This document shows, piece after piece, positions 1 through 8,370 of a stretch of 64,000 bases of DNA. Each line of letters starts with the position of its first letter. The stretch's first letter is position 1. The translations under genes were made by a program, and so were the position numbers. The notes beneath the pieces were generated by a model. That model was given only the letters and a program-made list of their open reading frames with translations, ran no database searches and was not told the DNA's origin. Source of the stretch: an uncultured Gemmatimonadales bacterium (GTDB lineage Bacteria > Gemmatimonadota > Gemmatimonadetes > Longimicrobiales > RSA9); contig CAWFKH010000003.1 of NCBI GenBank assembly GCA_963816355.1, forward strand, positions 160,001 to 224,000, given 5' to 3'.

Positions 1-265
1 GGATCGAGCGGATGAGCCAGCCGAACTTGACGTCGGACATCAGGAACTGAACGGATTCGTAGGCTTCGCCGGCGCTCGGCCGGTAGTAGAAGAGGAGCAG
101 GATGCCGGTGGCGACCTGGATCATGAACTGGAAGAGCAGCATGCCGCCGAGGTAGTACCAGACGCTGTGGCGGTGGACGGGGATGCGCTTCTTCTGGATG
201 ATGTGCGTGAGGGCGCCGAAGCCGATGCGGTCGGCGAGCCAGAGGCGAGTGCGCTCGATCCCCAT
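1..265 (-). CDS. Cytochrome b/b6 of a Rieske/cytb complex, N-terminal part (runs off the window edge)
   Basis: Manual translation (not in the ORF track): [88 protein letters not shown]. This has the typical cytb N-terminus (GG..Q..TGILL..YY.P...AY.SV...GWLIRS) and follows the Rieske gene. Confidence 0.95.
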   Translation of the reverse strand, partial: MGIERTRLWLADRIGFGALTHIIQKKRIPVHRHSVWYYLGGMLLFQFMIQVATGILLLFYYRPSAGEAYESVQFLMSDVKFGWLIRSI

Positions 266-270
266 CGTTC

Positions 271-726
271 TCACGCCTTCCTGCTGACCACGATCTGGTC
301 GCCGCGCACGTTGACGTCGAACGGCGTGAGGGGCGAGGGCGGCGGGCCGGAGACGTTGCGGCCGTTGAGGTCGTAGTGGCCGTTGTGGCAGGCGCACCAG
401 ATCTGGCCGAAGTCGGGGCGGTACTGCACGGTGCAGCCGAGATGGGTGCAGATCGCGGAGAAGGCGCGGAGCTCACCGGAGGCCGTCTTGATGAGGATGC
501 CGGGCTTGGTGCCGAACTTGAAGATCGTGCCGGAGCCGGGCGCGAGGTCGGACGGCTTCATCGACAGCGTGACGGTGGCGGACGCGGACTCCGTGACTTC
601 GGGCGGGACGAGATAGCGGCCGACCGGGTAGAGGACGGAGGCGGCGAGGCCGCCGGCGCTGGTGCCGAGGAGCCAGCCCAGGAACCGCTTCCTGGAGAGG
701 CGCGGCGGGTCGGAGAAGAGCAGCAT
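271..726 (-). CDS. Rieske [2Fe-2S] subunit
   Basis: CTHLGC and CACHNGHY boxes, GPPPSPL motif, N-terminal Tat-like SRKRFL followed by a TM helix. Confidence 0.95.
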   Translation of the reverse strand: MLLFSDPPRLSRKRFLGWLLGTSAGGLAASVLYPVGRYLVPPEVTESASATVTLSMKPSDLAPGSGTIFKFGTKPGILIKTASGELRAFSAICTHLGCTVQYRPDFGQIWCACHNGHYDLNGRNVSGPPPSPLTPFDVNVRGDQIVVSRKA

Positions 727-729
727 CGG

Positions 730-2106
730 TCAGCTCGTCACGTTCGGGTTGGCGGTCGGCGCGGCGGGCGTGCCGCCGTCGCGATCCTGGCCCGCCGCGC
801 GCCGGTCCACCTCCCGGATCGCGAGCAGCAGTCCGAAGACGAGGAGAAGGATCAGCGACACCGAGAGCGCGAGTCCGATGCGGCGGAAGCGGTGATCGGC
901 GAGCGCGGCGCGGGCGCGGAGGGCGGCGGCGGCCGTGATCGTCAATCCGGCGTCCACGCCGGTGGCGACGGAATCGACGTGGAAGGAGTGGATGGCGGAG
1001 CGCGCCTTGGTGAGCTCGGTGCCGGCGTCGGTCAGCTCGAACTGCGCCTGGCTCACCTCCATGCCGAGGTTGGCCGCTTCGTGAAGCATGGCATCGCTCC
1101 GGGCGATCGAGGCGCGTAGCGAGTCGATGAGGGTGCGCATCGCGCCGAACTCGGCCCCGAGTGTGTCGCCGCTCTCATGGCAACGGCGGCAGACCGCCTG
1201 CTGTCGGTCCGCGAGGAAATCGTCGTCGGGGTGCCGGACGCCGTGGTTGCCGTGGCACGTCTCGCAGCCGGGCAGCTTCCCCTGCTCGAACAGCTTCACG
1301 TGGCCGCTCGCCGCGAACATCGCGGCGTTGGTGGCGTGGCACTGACCGCACACGTTGCGGACCGACGCGATGCCGGGCGGTGTCGCGCCGTGGTTGCCGT
1401 GGCAGTCGTTGCAGGTGGGGGCCGAGAGGTCGCCGTCTTCGTAGAGCTTCCTGCCGTGGACGCTGCCGCGGTACTCCTGGAGCTGCCCGGTCGGGATGCC
1501 GTAGGGCGCCATGCGCTTCGGGTCGGCGTGGCAGCGGCCGCAGGTGCGCGCCACGTTCGTCGCGTGGACGCTCGAGTTGGGGTCCGACGGCGGCCGGATG
1601 TCGTGCGCCGGGTGGCAGTCGATGCACGTCGCGACGCGGTCGTCGCCGAACTCCTTGAGGCGCCGGCCGTGAACGGACGTCCAGTACTCCGTCACCTGGT
1701 CGATGCGCAACGACGGGTTGTAGCGCTTCATGAACTCCGCGTCGGAGTGGCAGCGGCCGCACAGCGCGGGGATGTCGGCGCGGGCAGGCCGCCGCAGGAA
1801 GCCGGCGCCCGGATCGATCGACTTGGGCCCGGTGCGCGCGGCGACGCCGTGGCAGTCGACGCAGCCGAATCCCTTCTGCGCGTGGATGTCGCCCTTGAAC
1901 AGCTTCGCGGGGCGGGAGAGGCGGGCGTCGGGCAGACGCGCGTGGCACGCGACGCACTTCGCGGAGCTGGGCGGGCCCTGCGCGCGCGCGGCGGCGGGCG
2001 GAGCGAACAGCGCGGCGAGCGCGAGGGCGGCCGCGGCGAGCGCGCGGCGAGCGCGCCGGGCGGTGCAGGAGACCGGGAGGCGTGGTGGAGTCCAGCGCGC
2101 GGTCAT
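730..2106 (-). CDS. Nonaheme c-type cytochrome with a C-terminal helical stalk and TM anchor
   Basis: Start at MTARWTPP (ATGA overlap with the upstream stop); signal peptide ending AARA; 9 CXXCH; C-terminal IGLALSVSLILLLVFGLLLAI. Confidence 0.9.
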   Translation of the reverse strand: MTARWTPPRLPVSCTARRARRALAAAALALAALFAPPAAARAQGPPSSAKCVACHARLPDARLSRPAKLFKGDIHAQKGFGCVDCHGVAARTGPKSIDPGAGFLRRPARADIPALCGRCHSDAEFMKRYNPSLRIDQVTEYWTSVHGRRLKEFGDDRVATCIDCHPAHDIRPPSDPNSSVHATNVARTCGRCHADPKRMAPYGIPTGQLQEYRGSVHGRKLYEDGDLSAPTCNDCHGNHGATPPGIASVRNVCGQCHATNAAMFAASGHVKLFEQGKLPGCETCHGNHGVRHPDDDFLADRQQAVCRRCHESGDTLGAEFGAMRTLIDSLRASIARSDAMLHEAANLGMEVSQAQFELTDAGTELTKARSAIHSFHVDSVATGVDAGLTITAAAALRARAALADHRFRRIGLALSVSLILLLVFGLLLAIREVDRRAAGQDRDGGTPAAPTANPNVTS

Positions 2107-3524
2107 CGGCCGCCTCCGCGTGAGCCCGCGAGCTGGGCGATGGTGTGGCAGCGCAGGCAAGAGGCGACGTTGCGATCCTGCTGGCGGGCCGGGTCGAACG
2201 CGGCGCCGTGCGGGTTGACGCCCCAGCCGCCGTTGGCGGAGTGGCAGCGGGTGCAGTCGGTCTGGGTGTGGCAGGCGGTGCAGCCCTCGAGGCCCTGGCG
2301 CGCCGCCTGGCCGTGCGAGAGCAGCCACAGCGGCTGCGTGCCATGGAAGGCGGCGCCGGAGCGACCCGCCTGCGCGACGCCGGCGCTGCAATGGCAGGCG
2401 CGGCAGAACGTCTCCGTGTTGTGGCAGGCGGTGCACTCCGTGTCGGAGGCCCACACGTCGGTGCCGTGGCGCTCGAGGAAGTCGGATGCGTGGAACGCGG
2501 AGCGCGTCGGCGAGCGGTGGCAGTCGGTGCAGAAGGAGCGCGCGTGGCACGCTTCGCAGTTCGTGCCGGCGGCGGCGTCCGTCGCGTGCTGCGAGACAAA
2601 GCGCGGCGGGTGCACGCTCGCGGCGGGCAGCCGCACGCCACGCGGATCGGAGGGCGCCGGAGCGGGAATGGCGTCCAGCGCGCGCAGCTCGCCCTGCCTG
2701 TGGCAGCTCCGACAGCTCGCGCGCGTGTGGCAGTCCGCGCAGCCCACGGCGTGGGCCGCGGCCTGCGCGCCGTGCCCCCACTTCCACGTCGCGCCGTGGC
2801 TCGCGGGCTTCGGGTAGGAGGGAGCGCGGCCCGCGACGAGCGCGGCCACCCGGGAATCGCGTGCGAGTGCGGTGACGGCGGGGATGCGGGCGGCGTCGAG
2901 ATGGCAGCGCTCGCAGCTTTCGCGCGCGTGACAGACGGCGCACGTCGTCGCCGCGACGTCGGCCGTGGGGCCGTGCGTGTGCAGGAAATCGGCGGCGCCG
3001 TGGCTCGCGGGGCGCGGGAACGCCGCAATGCGCTCCGCCGCGAGCGACGTCGCCTGCGTGAGCGCCACGTGGCACTGGCGGCAGTCGACGCGGGAATCAA
3101 TGTGGCCCGCGGCGGCGGTGTGGCAGACGGCGCAGTCCCGCTGCACCGGCCGCCCCACGTTCATCGCCCCGCTCTCGCCCGGCGCGCGGTGACACGCGAC
3201 GCACTCCGGCGCGCGGCCGCCGGCCGCGCTCGCCGTCGCGTGGCGCTGGTGCGAGAAGTGGAGGTTCGACGGCGTGTGGGTGCGCGCCGGCACCGCGACG
3301 CGCGGGCGCGACTGGCCGTCGTGGCAGCGGGCGCACAGCTCGGCGGGGGGGAAGACGTCCGCCGCCACGCCGGACTCGATGCCGCGGTGGCAGCCGACGC
3401 ACAGCGGGAAGAGCCCCTCGTGGCGCGCGTGGGGGAAGCGGCCGCCGCCGCTCTGCGCGCTCGCGGCGGCCGGAATCGAAACCGCGACGAGGGCGAGCAG
3501 GAGCGCCAGCCTCCGGCCGCTCAT
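2103..3524 (-). CDS. 16-heme periplasmic c-type cytochrome (cytochrome c3-like N-terminus)
   Basis: MSGRRLALLLALVAVSIPAAASAQ signal peptide; 16 CXXCH counted; FPHARH/FSHQRH distal-His motifs. Confidence 0.9.
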   Translation of the reverse strand: MSGRRLALLLALVAVSIPAAASAQSGGGRFPHARHEGLFPLCVGCHRGIESGVAADVFPPAELCARCHDGQSRPRVAVPARTHTPSNLHFSHQRHATASAAGGRAPECVACHRAPGESGAMNVGRPVQRDCAVCHTAAAGHIDSRVDCRQCHVALTQATSLAAERIAAFPRPASHGAADFLHTHGPTADVAATTCAVCHARESCERCHLDAARIPAVTALARDSRVAALVAGRAPSYPKPASHGATWKWGHGAQAAAHAVGCADCHTRASCRSCHRQGELRALDAIPAPAPSDPRGVRLPAASVHPPRFVSQHATDAAAGTNCEACHARSFCTDCHRSPTRSAFHASDFLERHGTDVWASDTECTACHNTETFCRACHCSAGVAQAGRSGAAFHGTQPLWLLSHGQAARQGLEGCTACHTQTDCTRCHSANGGWGVNPHGAAFDPARQQDRNVASCLRCHTIAQLAGSRGGGR

Positions 3525-5023
3525 CGTCCCGCTCCCGCGGAAGCGCCCGGCTCGGTGCCGACGGTCCAGCCGATCCACAGCGAGCCGCGGATCTGGTTCC
3601 AGTCGGCACCGACGGAGGGGCCGCGGCCGAACTGCCGGTAGCCGGCGGCGGAGCCGCCCAGCTCGGCGCGACCCCCCAGTCGAGCGCCGAAATCGATGTC
3701 CACGCCCGCCACCGTGCCTTCGTCCACGCGCAGCTCGGACGCGCGCTGGAAGGCGACGGCGCCGAGGCCGACGAACGCGCCGCCGCCCAGCGCGCGGCGC
3801 GCCCGCACGCTGGCGTCGCTCAGGCCCGTGCCGAAGCCGATCTCGGAGGCGAAGCGCCCCTCGAAGCTCCACGCCGGGAGCGGGTCGAGCGTGGCCGCCG
3901 CGGCGATGCGCCAGCCGGCGGAGCGGAGCGGCGCGAAGGAGAGGCCGGCGCCGGTGTCGGGATAGCGGCGCCGGGAGGCGTCGAGCTGCAGGCCGAGCGG
4001 CGCCCCCGGCCGGCGCCACACGGCGCCCGCGCCCGCCTCCTCGAAGCCGACGGGCGAGAAGGCGCCCCAGATCGTCCACAGGTCGAAGTACGGCTCGTGC
4101 CGCCGGACGAAGCCGTGCAGCGAGAGGGCCGGCGAGGCGACGACGTCGGCGCGCAGGCGAAGCTCGTTCAGAACGCGGGAAGCGACGTCCTCGTCGATGG
4201 CGCCGCTCAGCATGGCGCGGGAGAGCCGCCACACGCCGTCGAAGGCGAAGCGCTCGGAGTAGAGGCCGAGGCGGTCGCTGCGGATCTCGCGCTGGTAGAC
4301 GACGCCGAGGGAGGGTCCGCCGCGCGGCCGCGCGCGGAGCTGCACGCCGAAGAGCAGGCCGCGCGCGTCCGGCGCGAAGCTCTCGACGGCCGCGAGCGCG
4401 TCGCTCGTCACGGGAGCGTCGAGGCCGCGGGCCAGGCTCCAGCCGGCGTAGCCTTCGGCGCTCAGCCAGCGCGTGGCCCGCAGCAGGAGATCGGCGCCAT
4501 CGTAGTTGTAGTAGCCGAGCCCGGTCGTCTGCCACTGCCGCCCGGCGCGCGCGCGGAAGCGTTCCCGGTCGAGCTCGACGTACGCCTCGAGCGCGTCGAA
4601 GGCGCGATCCGCCTGCGGCCACATCCCGTGGTCGCCACCGATCACGGTGCGGCCGCGCAGGTGCGCGTACGCGCGCACGCCGCGACCGAATCCCCATCCG
4701 CTCAGCCACAGGTCCTGCGTCGCCGGCACGGAGGAGATCGCCGCCCCGCTGCGGAAGTAGCGGCAGACGTCGTCTCCGGGGACGCACTGGACCGGCACGC
4801 CGTCCACGGAGCGGCGCAGGACGCCGTCGCCAAGCGTCCGCGACACGGGGACGCTGTCGATCTCCAGCACGTGCACGTCCACGTAGCGGAAGGTGGTGAG
4901 GCCGCGCACCCGCACCGCCTGCGCGCGAAGCGGCGGCGCGAGCGCGGTGGCGGCGCCGGCGAGCGCGCCGGCGAGCGCGATCGAGGTCGCAAACGACGTC
5001 GTCGATCGCGCACGTGGCGTCAT
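3521..5023 (-). CDS. Putative outer-membrane beta-barrel (porin) of a porin-cytochrome complex
   Basis: MTPRARS... signal peptide; alternating aromatic/hydrophobic strands; LEAYVELD..RARAGRQW..GYYNYDGA porin-like segment; no heme motifs; ATGA overlaps on both sides. Confidence 0.7.
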   Translation of the reverse strand: MTPRARSTTSFATSIALAGALAGAATALAPPLRAQAVRVRGLTTFRYVDVHVLEIDSVPVSRTLGDGVLRRSVDGVPVQCVPGDDVCRYFRSGAAISSVPATQDLWLSGWGFGRGVRAYAHLRGRTVIGGDHGMWPQADRAFDALEAYVELDRERFRARAGRQWQTTGLGYYNYDGADLLLRATRWLSAEGYAGWSLARGLDAPVTSDALAAVESFAPDARGLLFGVQLRARPRGGPSLGVVYQREIRSDRLGLYSERFAFDGVWRLSRAMLSGAIDEDVASRVLNELRLRADVVASPALSLHGFVRRHEPYFDLWTIWGAFSPVGFEEAGAGAVWRRPGAPLGLQLDASRRRYPDTGAGLSFAPLRSAGWRIAAAATLDPLPAWSFEGRFASEIGFGTGLSDASVRARRALGGGAFVGLGAVAFQRASELRVDEGTVAGVDIDFGARLGGRAELGGSAAGYRQFGRGPSVGADWNQIRGSLWIGWTVGTEPGASAGAGR

Positions 5024-5913
5024 CGGGTCCCTCTCGTGTTGGCGCTTTCCGGCATGGCGTGGCAGTCGCTGCAGTTCCGGCCGGGCTGGTGCTCGGAGCG
5101 GGAGCGGTGGCAGCTCAGGCAGACGGCGCGGCTCAGGGGCAGCGCCGTGACGGTGCGGTCCCGGTGGCAACCCGCTCCTGCGCAGCCGCGGTGGGCGGCG
5201 ACGGTGTGCACGCCCGGCGATGGGGCAGGGTGGCAGAGCGCGCAGTTCGCGTCCGGGCGGTGATGCGAGGTGTGGCAGGTGACGCAGGTGAGGCCGAAGG
5301 CGTTGCTGCCGGGCTTCGTGTGGCAGCGCGTGCAGGCGAGCGAGCCGTGGCGCGCGTGCTCGAACGTGAGCTCCCGCTGCCGGGGCCCCGACCACACGGT
5401 CATCGCCAGCGTCTGGCGTACGGTCAGGCTCCGACGCGTGACGTCCGCGTGGCAGACGGGGCAGGTGCGCGGCGCGTTCGGTCCGTGATGGCAGGAGCGG
5501 CAGGAGGTCAGGTCGCCGGACGGCGGAGGCGCCGCCGTCGTGTCCGCCGCCTCGTGGCAGTCCAGGCACCGCGCGCCCGCCTGCAGGTGAGCGCCGTGGC
5601 CCGCGACCGTGCCGTGGCACGTCGAGCACGGAACGCCCCGGTGCCGGCCGTGCGGGAACGTCGCCTCGCCGGCCGCCGTGCCGCCCCGTCCCACGCCTTG
5701 GATCTGGAGGGAGGACGTCTCCAGAGCGGCAGCGGCGGCGGGAGGCGTCCCTGCTTGCGTGGCCGCTGCGGAGTCGGCCGCCGCGGAGTCGGCCGCCGCG
5801 GAGTCGGCCTCCTTCCCGGCGTCTCCGCTACAGGCGGCGAGCGCGAGGGCGGCGAGGATCGCCGCGGCGATCACGCCGGGCAGGCACCGCGACCTCGACG
5901 ACCGCGCTCGCAT
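5020..5913 (-). CDS. Multiheme cytochrome c lipoprotein (9 CXXCH + 1 CX4CH)
   Basis: Lipobox LALAAC; ADSAA-repeat linker; motifs CSTCH, CLDCH, CRSCH, CPVCH, CTRCH, CVTCH, CALCH, CAGAGCH, CLSCH, CSDCH. Confidence 0.9.
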   Translation of the reverse strand: MRARSSRSRCLPGVIAAAILAALALAACSGDAGKEADSAAADSAAADSAAATQAGTPPAAAAALETSSLQIQGVGRGGTAAGEATFPHGRHRGVPCSTCHGTVAGHGAHLQAGARCLDCHEAADTTAAPPPSGDLTSCRSCHHGPNAPRTCPVCHADVTRRSLTVRQTLAMTVWSGPRQRELTFEHARHGSLACTRCHTKPGSNAFGLTCVTCHTSHHRPDANCALCHPAPSPGVHTVAAHRGCAGAGCHRDRTVTALPLSRAVCLSCHRSRSEHQPGRNCSDCHAMPESANTRGTR

Positions 5914-5949
5914 CCTGGACCTCCTTCGCGATCCGCCGCGGCTCCGCGC

Positions 5950-7383
5950 TCACCGGTCCCGGCGCGGCAGGAGGTCGTCGAGGCTCACCGACGCGCTCGC
6001 CGTCACCCCGTAGTCCTTCTGGAGCTGCTTGACGCTCGCCGTCAGCAGCGCCTCCATCATGAACGGGTTGTGGATGGGCGAGCCGGGGAGAGCGCCGAGC
6101 GCTGCGTTGAACTTCGCGCCCTCGGCGGTCGAGATGCGGCCGTCCGACGTGTCGAACTCGGAGGCGGGCACCTTCGCCAGGAGCGCGTTCACCGTCGCCA
6201 CGAGGTCCTCGATCCGCTGCGTCGCGGCGCCGTATGCGAAGCGCGCGTTGTCCGCGCTGCCGTGGCAGGCGCTGTTCGCGCACGCCTCGAAGCTGCGCTG
6301 CTGCACCGTGCACCCTTCCTCGGTCGTCGGCCGGCCCTCCGCGTCCGGGCACGGAATCGCGACGAAGAGGTGGCCCGTCGAGTTGATCACCAGCGCGCCG
6401 CTCGCGTCGTTGATCCGCGACCGGTGCAGGTGGCACGTCACGCACAGATCCTCGTTCGCCGACGACGCGTGCGTCGGTCGGATGTCGTCCGTCGGCCCGA
6501 AGTCCGGCGAGCGCCAGCCCGCCTGACCCAGGAGCAGCGGACCCTCCGGCGACATCGGGCCGCGCGAGGAATTCACCTCCGGCTCCGGCCGGTAGTGGTG
6601 ACACTTCATGCACAGGTTCCCCTCCACGCTCGCCACGTCGATCGGGAAGCGGAGCTGCTTGTCGATCGTCGCGTTGTGCGGGTCGTGGCACACGATGCAC
6701 AGGATCGCGAGGTGTCCGCCGTTCTCCTCGAGACTGTCCTTCTCCAGGAAGTTCGGATCCTCGCCCCACGACCGCAGCGCCCCCTCGCCCGTGTGGCAGT
6801 TCTTGCACGGATCCCGATCGCCCGTGAAGCTCTGGTGCGGCACCTGGCCGTGGATCGACTGCGACCACTCCTCAAGGAACGGATTGTTCGCCCCGCTGTG
6901 GCACTCGCCGCAGCCGTTCGTCAGGTCCAGCCCCACCAGCACCGATGCGAGCGGCTGCGTCTCGTCCGGATTCGTCACGTGCGTCAGGCCCGGGCCGTGA
7001 CAGCTCTCGCACTGCACGTCCTGGTAGCGCGGGTCTGCCGTCGACGTCCACCCCACGTTCGGGTCCGTCACCCAGTTCCCCTTGGCGCCCACCGTGTGGC
7101 ACCCCTCGCAGGACGCCGCCGCGTGGTCGCTCGCCTGCAGATCCTTGAACGCGTGCGAGTGCGCCGTCCCCTGCCACTCCGCGTAGTGCCCCACGTGGCA
7201 GTTCCCGCACACCGGCTTGCCCGCGGCCACGTCGCTGTAGCCCAGGAACCCCTGCGCCGCCGCGGGCGGCTGCTCGAAGAGGGGCTTGTCCACCAGCACC
7301 CGCTGCGTGTCCACGCAGGCCGCCAGCGAGAGCGCCACCAGGACCGCCATGGCGATCCGCCCAGTGCGTTCGCGTACCCGCAT
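5950..7383 (-). CDS. Multiheme cytochrome c lipoprotein (8 CXXCH + 1 CX4CH), c554/c552-like N-terminus
   Basis: GAGGAGG RBS before MRVRERTG; lipobox LSLAAC; CGNCH..W..TAH, CEGCH, CESCHGPG, CGECH, CKNCH, CIVCH, CMKCH, CVTCH, CANSACH. Confidence 0.9.
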   Translation of the reverse strand: MRVRERTGRIAMAVLVALSLAACVDTQRVLVDKPLFEQPPAAAQGFLGYSDVAAGKPVCGNCHVGHYAEWQGTAHSHAFKDLQASDHAAASCEGCHTVGAKGNWVTDPNVGWTSTADPRYQDVQCESCHGPGLTHVTNPDETQPLASVLVGLDLTNGCGECHSGANNPFLEEWSQSIHGQVPHQSFTGDRDPCKNCHTGEGALRSWGEDPNFLEKDSLEENGGHLAILCIVCHDPHNATIDKQLRFPIDVASVEGNLCMKCHHYRPEPEVNSSRGPMSPEGPLLLGQAGWRSPDFGPTDDIRPTHASSANEDLCVTCHLHRSRINDASGALVINSTGHLFVAIPCPDAEGRPTTEEGCTVQQRSFEACANSACHGSADNARFAYGAATQRIEDLVATVNALLAKVPASEFDTSDGRISTAEGAKFNAALGALPGSPIHNPFMMEALLTASVKQLQKDYGVTASASVSLDDLLPRRDR

Positions 7384-7460
7384 CGGAACCCCCTCCTCTT
7401 CGTGCGTTCTTGCTCCGGTCACGCGGCAGCCGTGTGCGCGCCGCACGATCGAACGTTCGT

Positions 7461-7475
7461 TCAAGCTGCGTGCCC
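7461..7475 (-). promoter_or_regulatory. Candidate sigma54 (-24/-12) promoter of the multiheme operon
   Basis: Minus strand GGGCACGCAGCTTGA versus consensus TGGCACG-N4-TTGC (GA at -12); about 78 nt upstream of the ATG at 7383. Confidence 0.45.
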
Positions 7476-7725
7476 CGATCGGTGAATTCGTGGAACCGCT
7501 TGCAGGCCATGCAGATGCGGCAGATTTACCGGGCGAACACGGGCGTCGTGAACGGGGGATCCGGCGCATCGGGCACGGCTGTGGTGGGGCAAATGACGCA
7601 CCTCCGGGCGAGCGCGCGGCGGAGCGAATGAAACGGGGGTACGGCGCGAGCCGCCCCCCGTATTCGTGCTATCGTGGCGCGGGGCGTGAAGGCGGATGCA
7701 ACGCCGATCCCGCAACGGGTCACTC

Positions 7726-8370
7726 ATGGACGTGACGATCGAAGCGCGCGTGATGGAGCCGACGGACCGGGAGCTTGCCGGCCGTGTGCGCAGCCACGGG
7801 GACGAGGCGGCGTTCCGTCTACTCTACCGGCGGCACACGCCGCGCCTGTGGGCGGTGGCGTTGCGCATGCTCGGCGGCGACGCGGCGCGAGAGGAGGCGG
7901 AGGAGGCGGTGCAGGACGCGTGGGTGCGCGCAGTGCGGGGGCTTGCGGGATTCCGGTGGGAGTCCTCGTTCTCGACGTGGTTGACCGGCATCGCGTTGAA
8001 CCGGTGCCGCGAGACGGTGCGGCGGCGCATGCGGCGGCGCGAAGTGGCGGTGGAGGGGGTCGGAGGCGAGGGCGGCGGCGCGCCGGGCGGAGGCGGGGCG
8101 GGAGGCGGCGTGGCGCGGGCGGGGATCGACGGTGCGCCGCTCGCCGCCGCGACCGATCCGGGGCGGCGCCTGGACCTCGAGCAGGCGATCGCCGCGCTGC
8201 CGGACGGCTACCGTACGGTTCTGGTGCTGCACGACGTCGAGGGGTTCACGCACGAGGAGATCAGCGATCGGTTGTCGATCGCGGTCGGCACGTCTCGCAG
8301 CCAGCTGCTGCGCGCGCGCCGGGCGATGCGGCGACTGCTCTCGGAAGGAGAAGGCGATGTCGAAGGATGA
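7726..8370 (+). CDS. ECF RNA polymerase sigma factor
   Basis: Region 2 (AEEAVQDAWVRA..F...SSFSTWL..IALN) and region 4 (LPDGYRTVLVLHDVEGFTHEEIS..L.IAVGTSRSQL); Gly-rich linker. The start could be 7726 or 7753. Confidence 0.93.
   Translation: MDVTIEARVMEPTDRELAGRVRSHGDEAAFRLLYRRHTPRLWAVALRMLGGDAAREEAEEAVQDAWVRAVRGLAGFRWESSFSTWLTGIALNRCRETVRRRMRRREVAVEGVGGEGGGAPGGGGAGGGVARAGIDGAPLAAATDPGRRLDLEQAIAALPDGYRTVLVLHDVEGFTHEEISDRLSIAVGTSRSQLLRARRAMRRLLSEGEGDVEG

Noticed and set aside
5761..5810. 15-bp repeats (ADSAA x3)
   Set aside because: An ordinary flexible lipoprotein linker.
5950..7383. NrfA or octaheme nitrite reductase
   Set aside because: There is no CXXCK motif and no NrfH/NrfD partner in the window.
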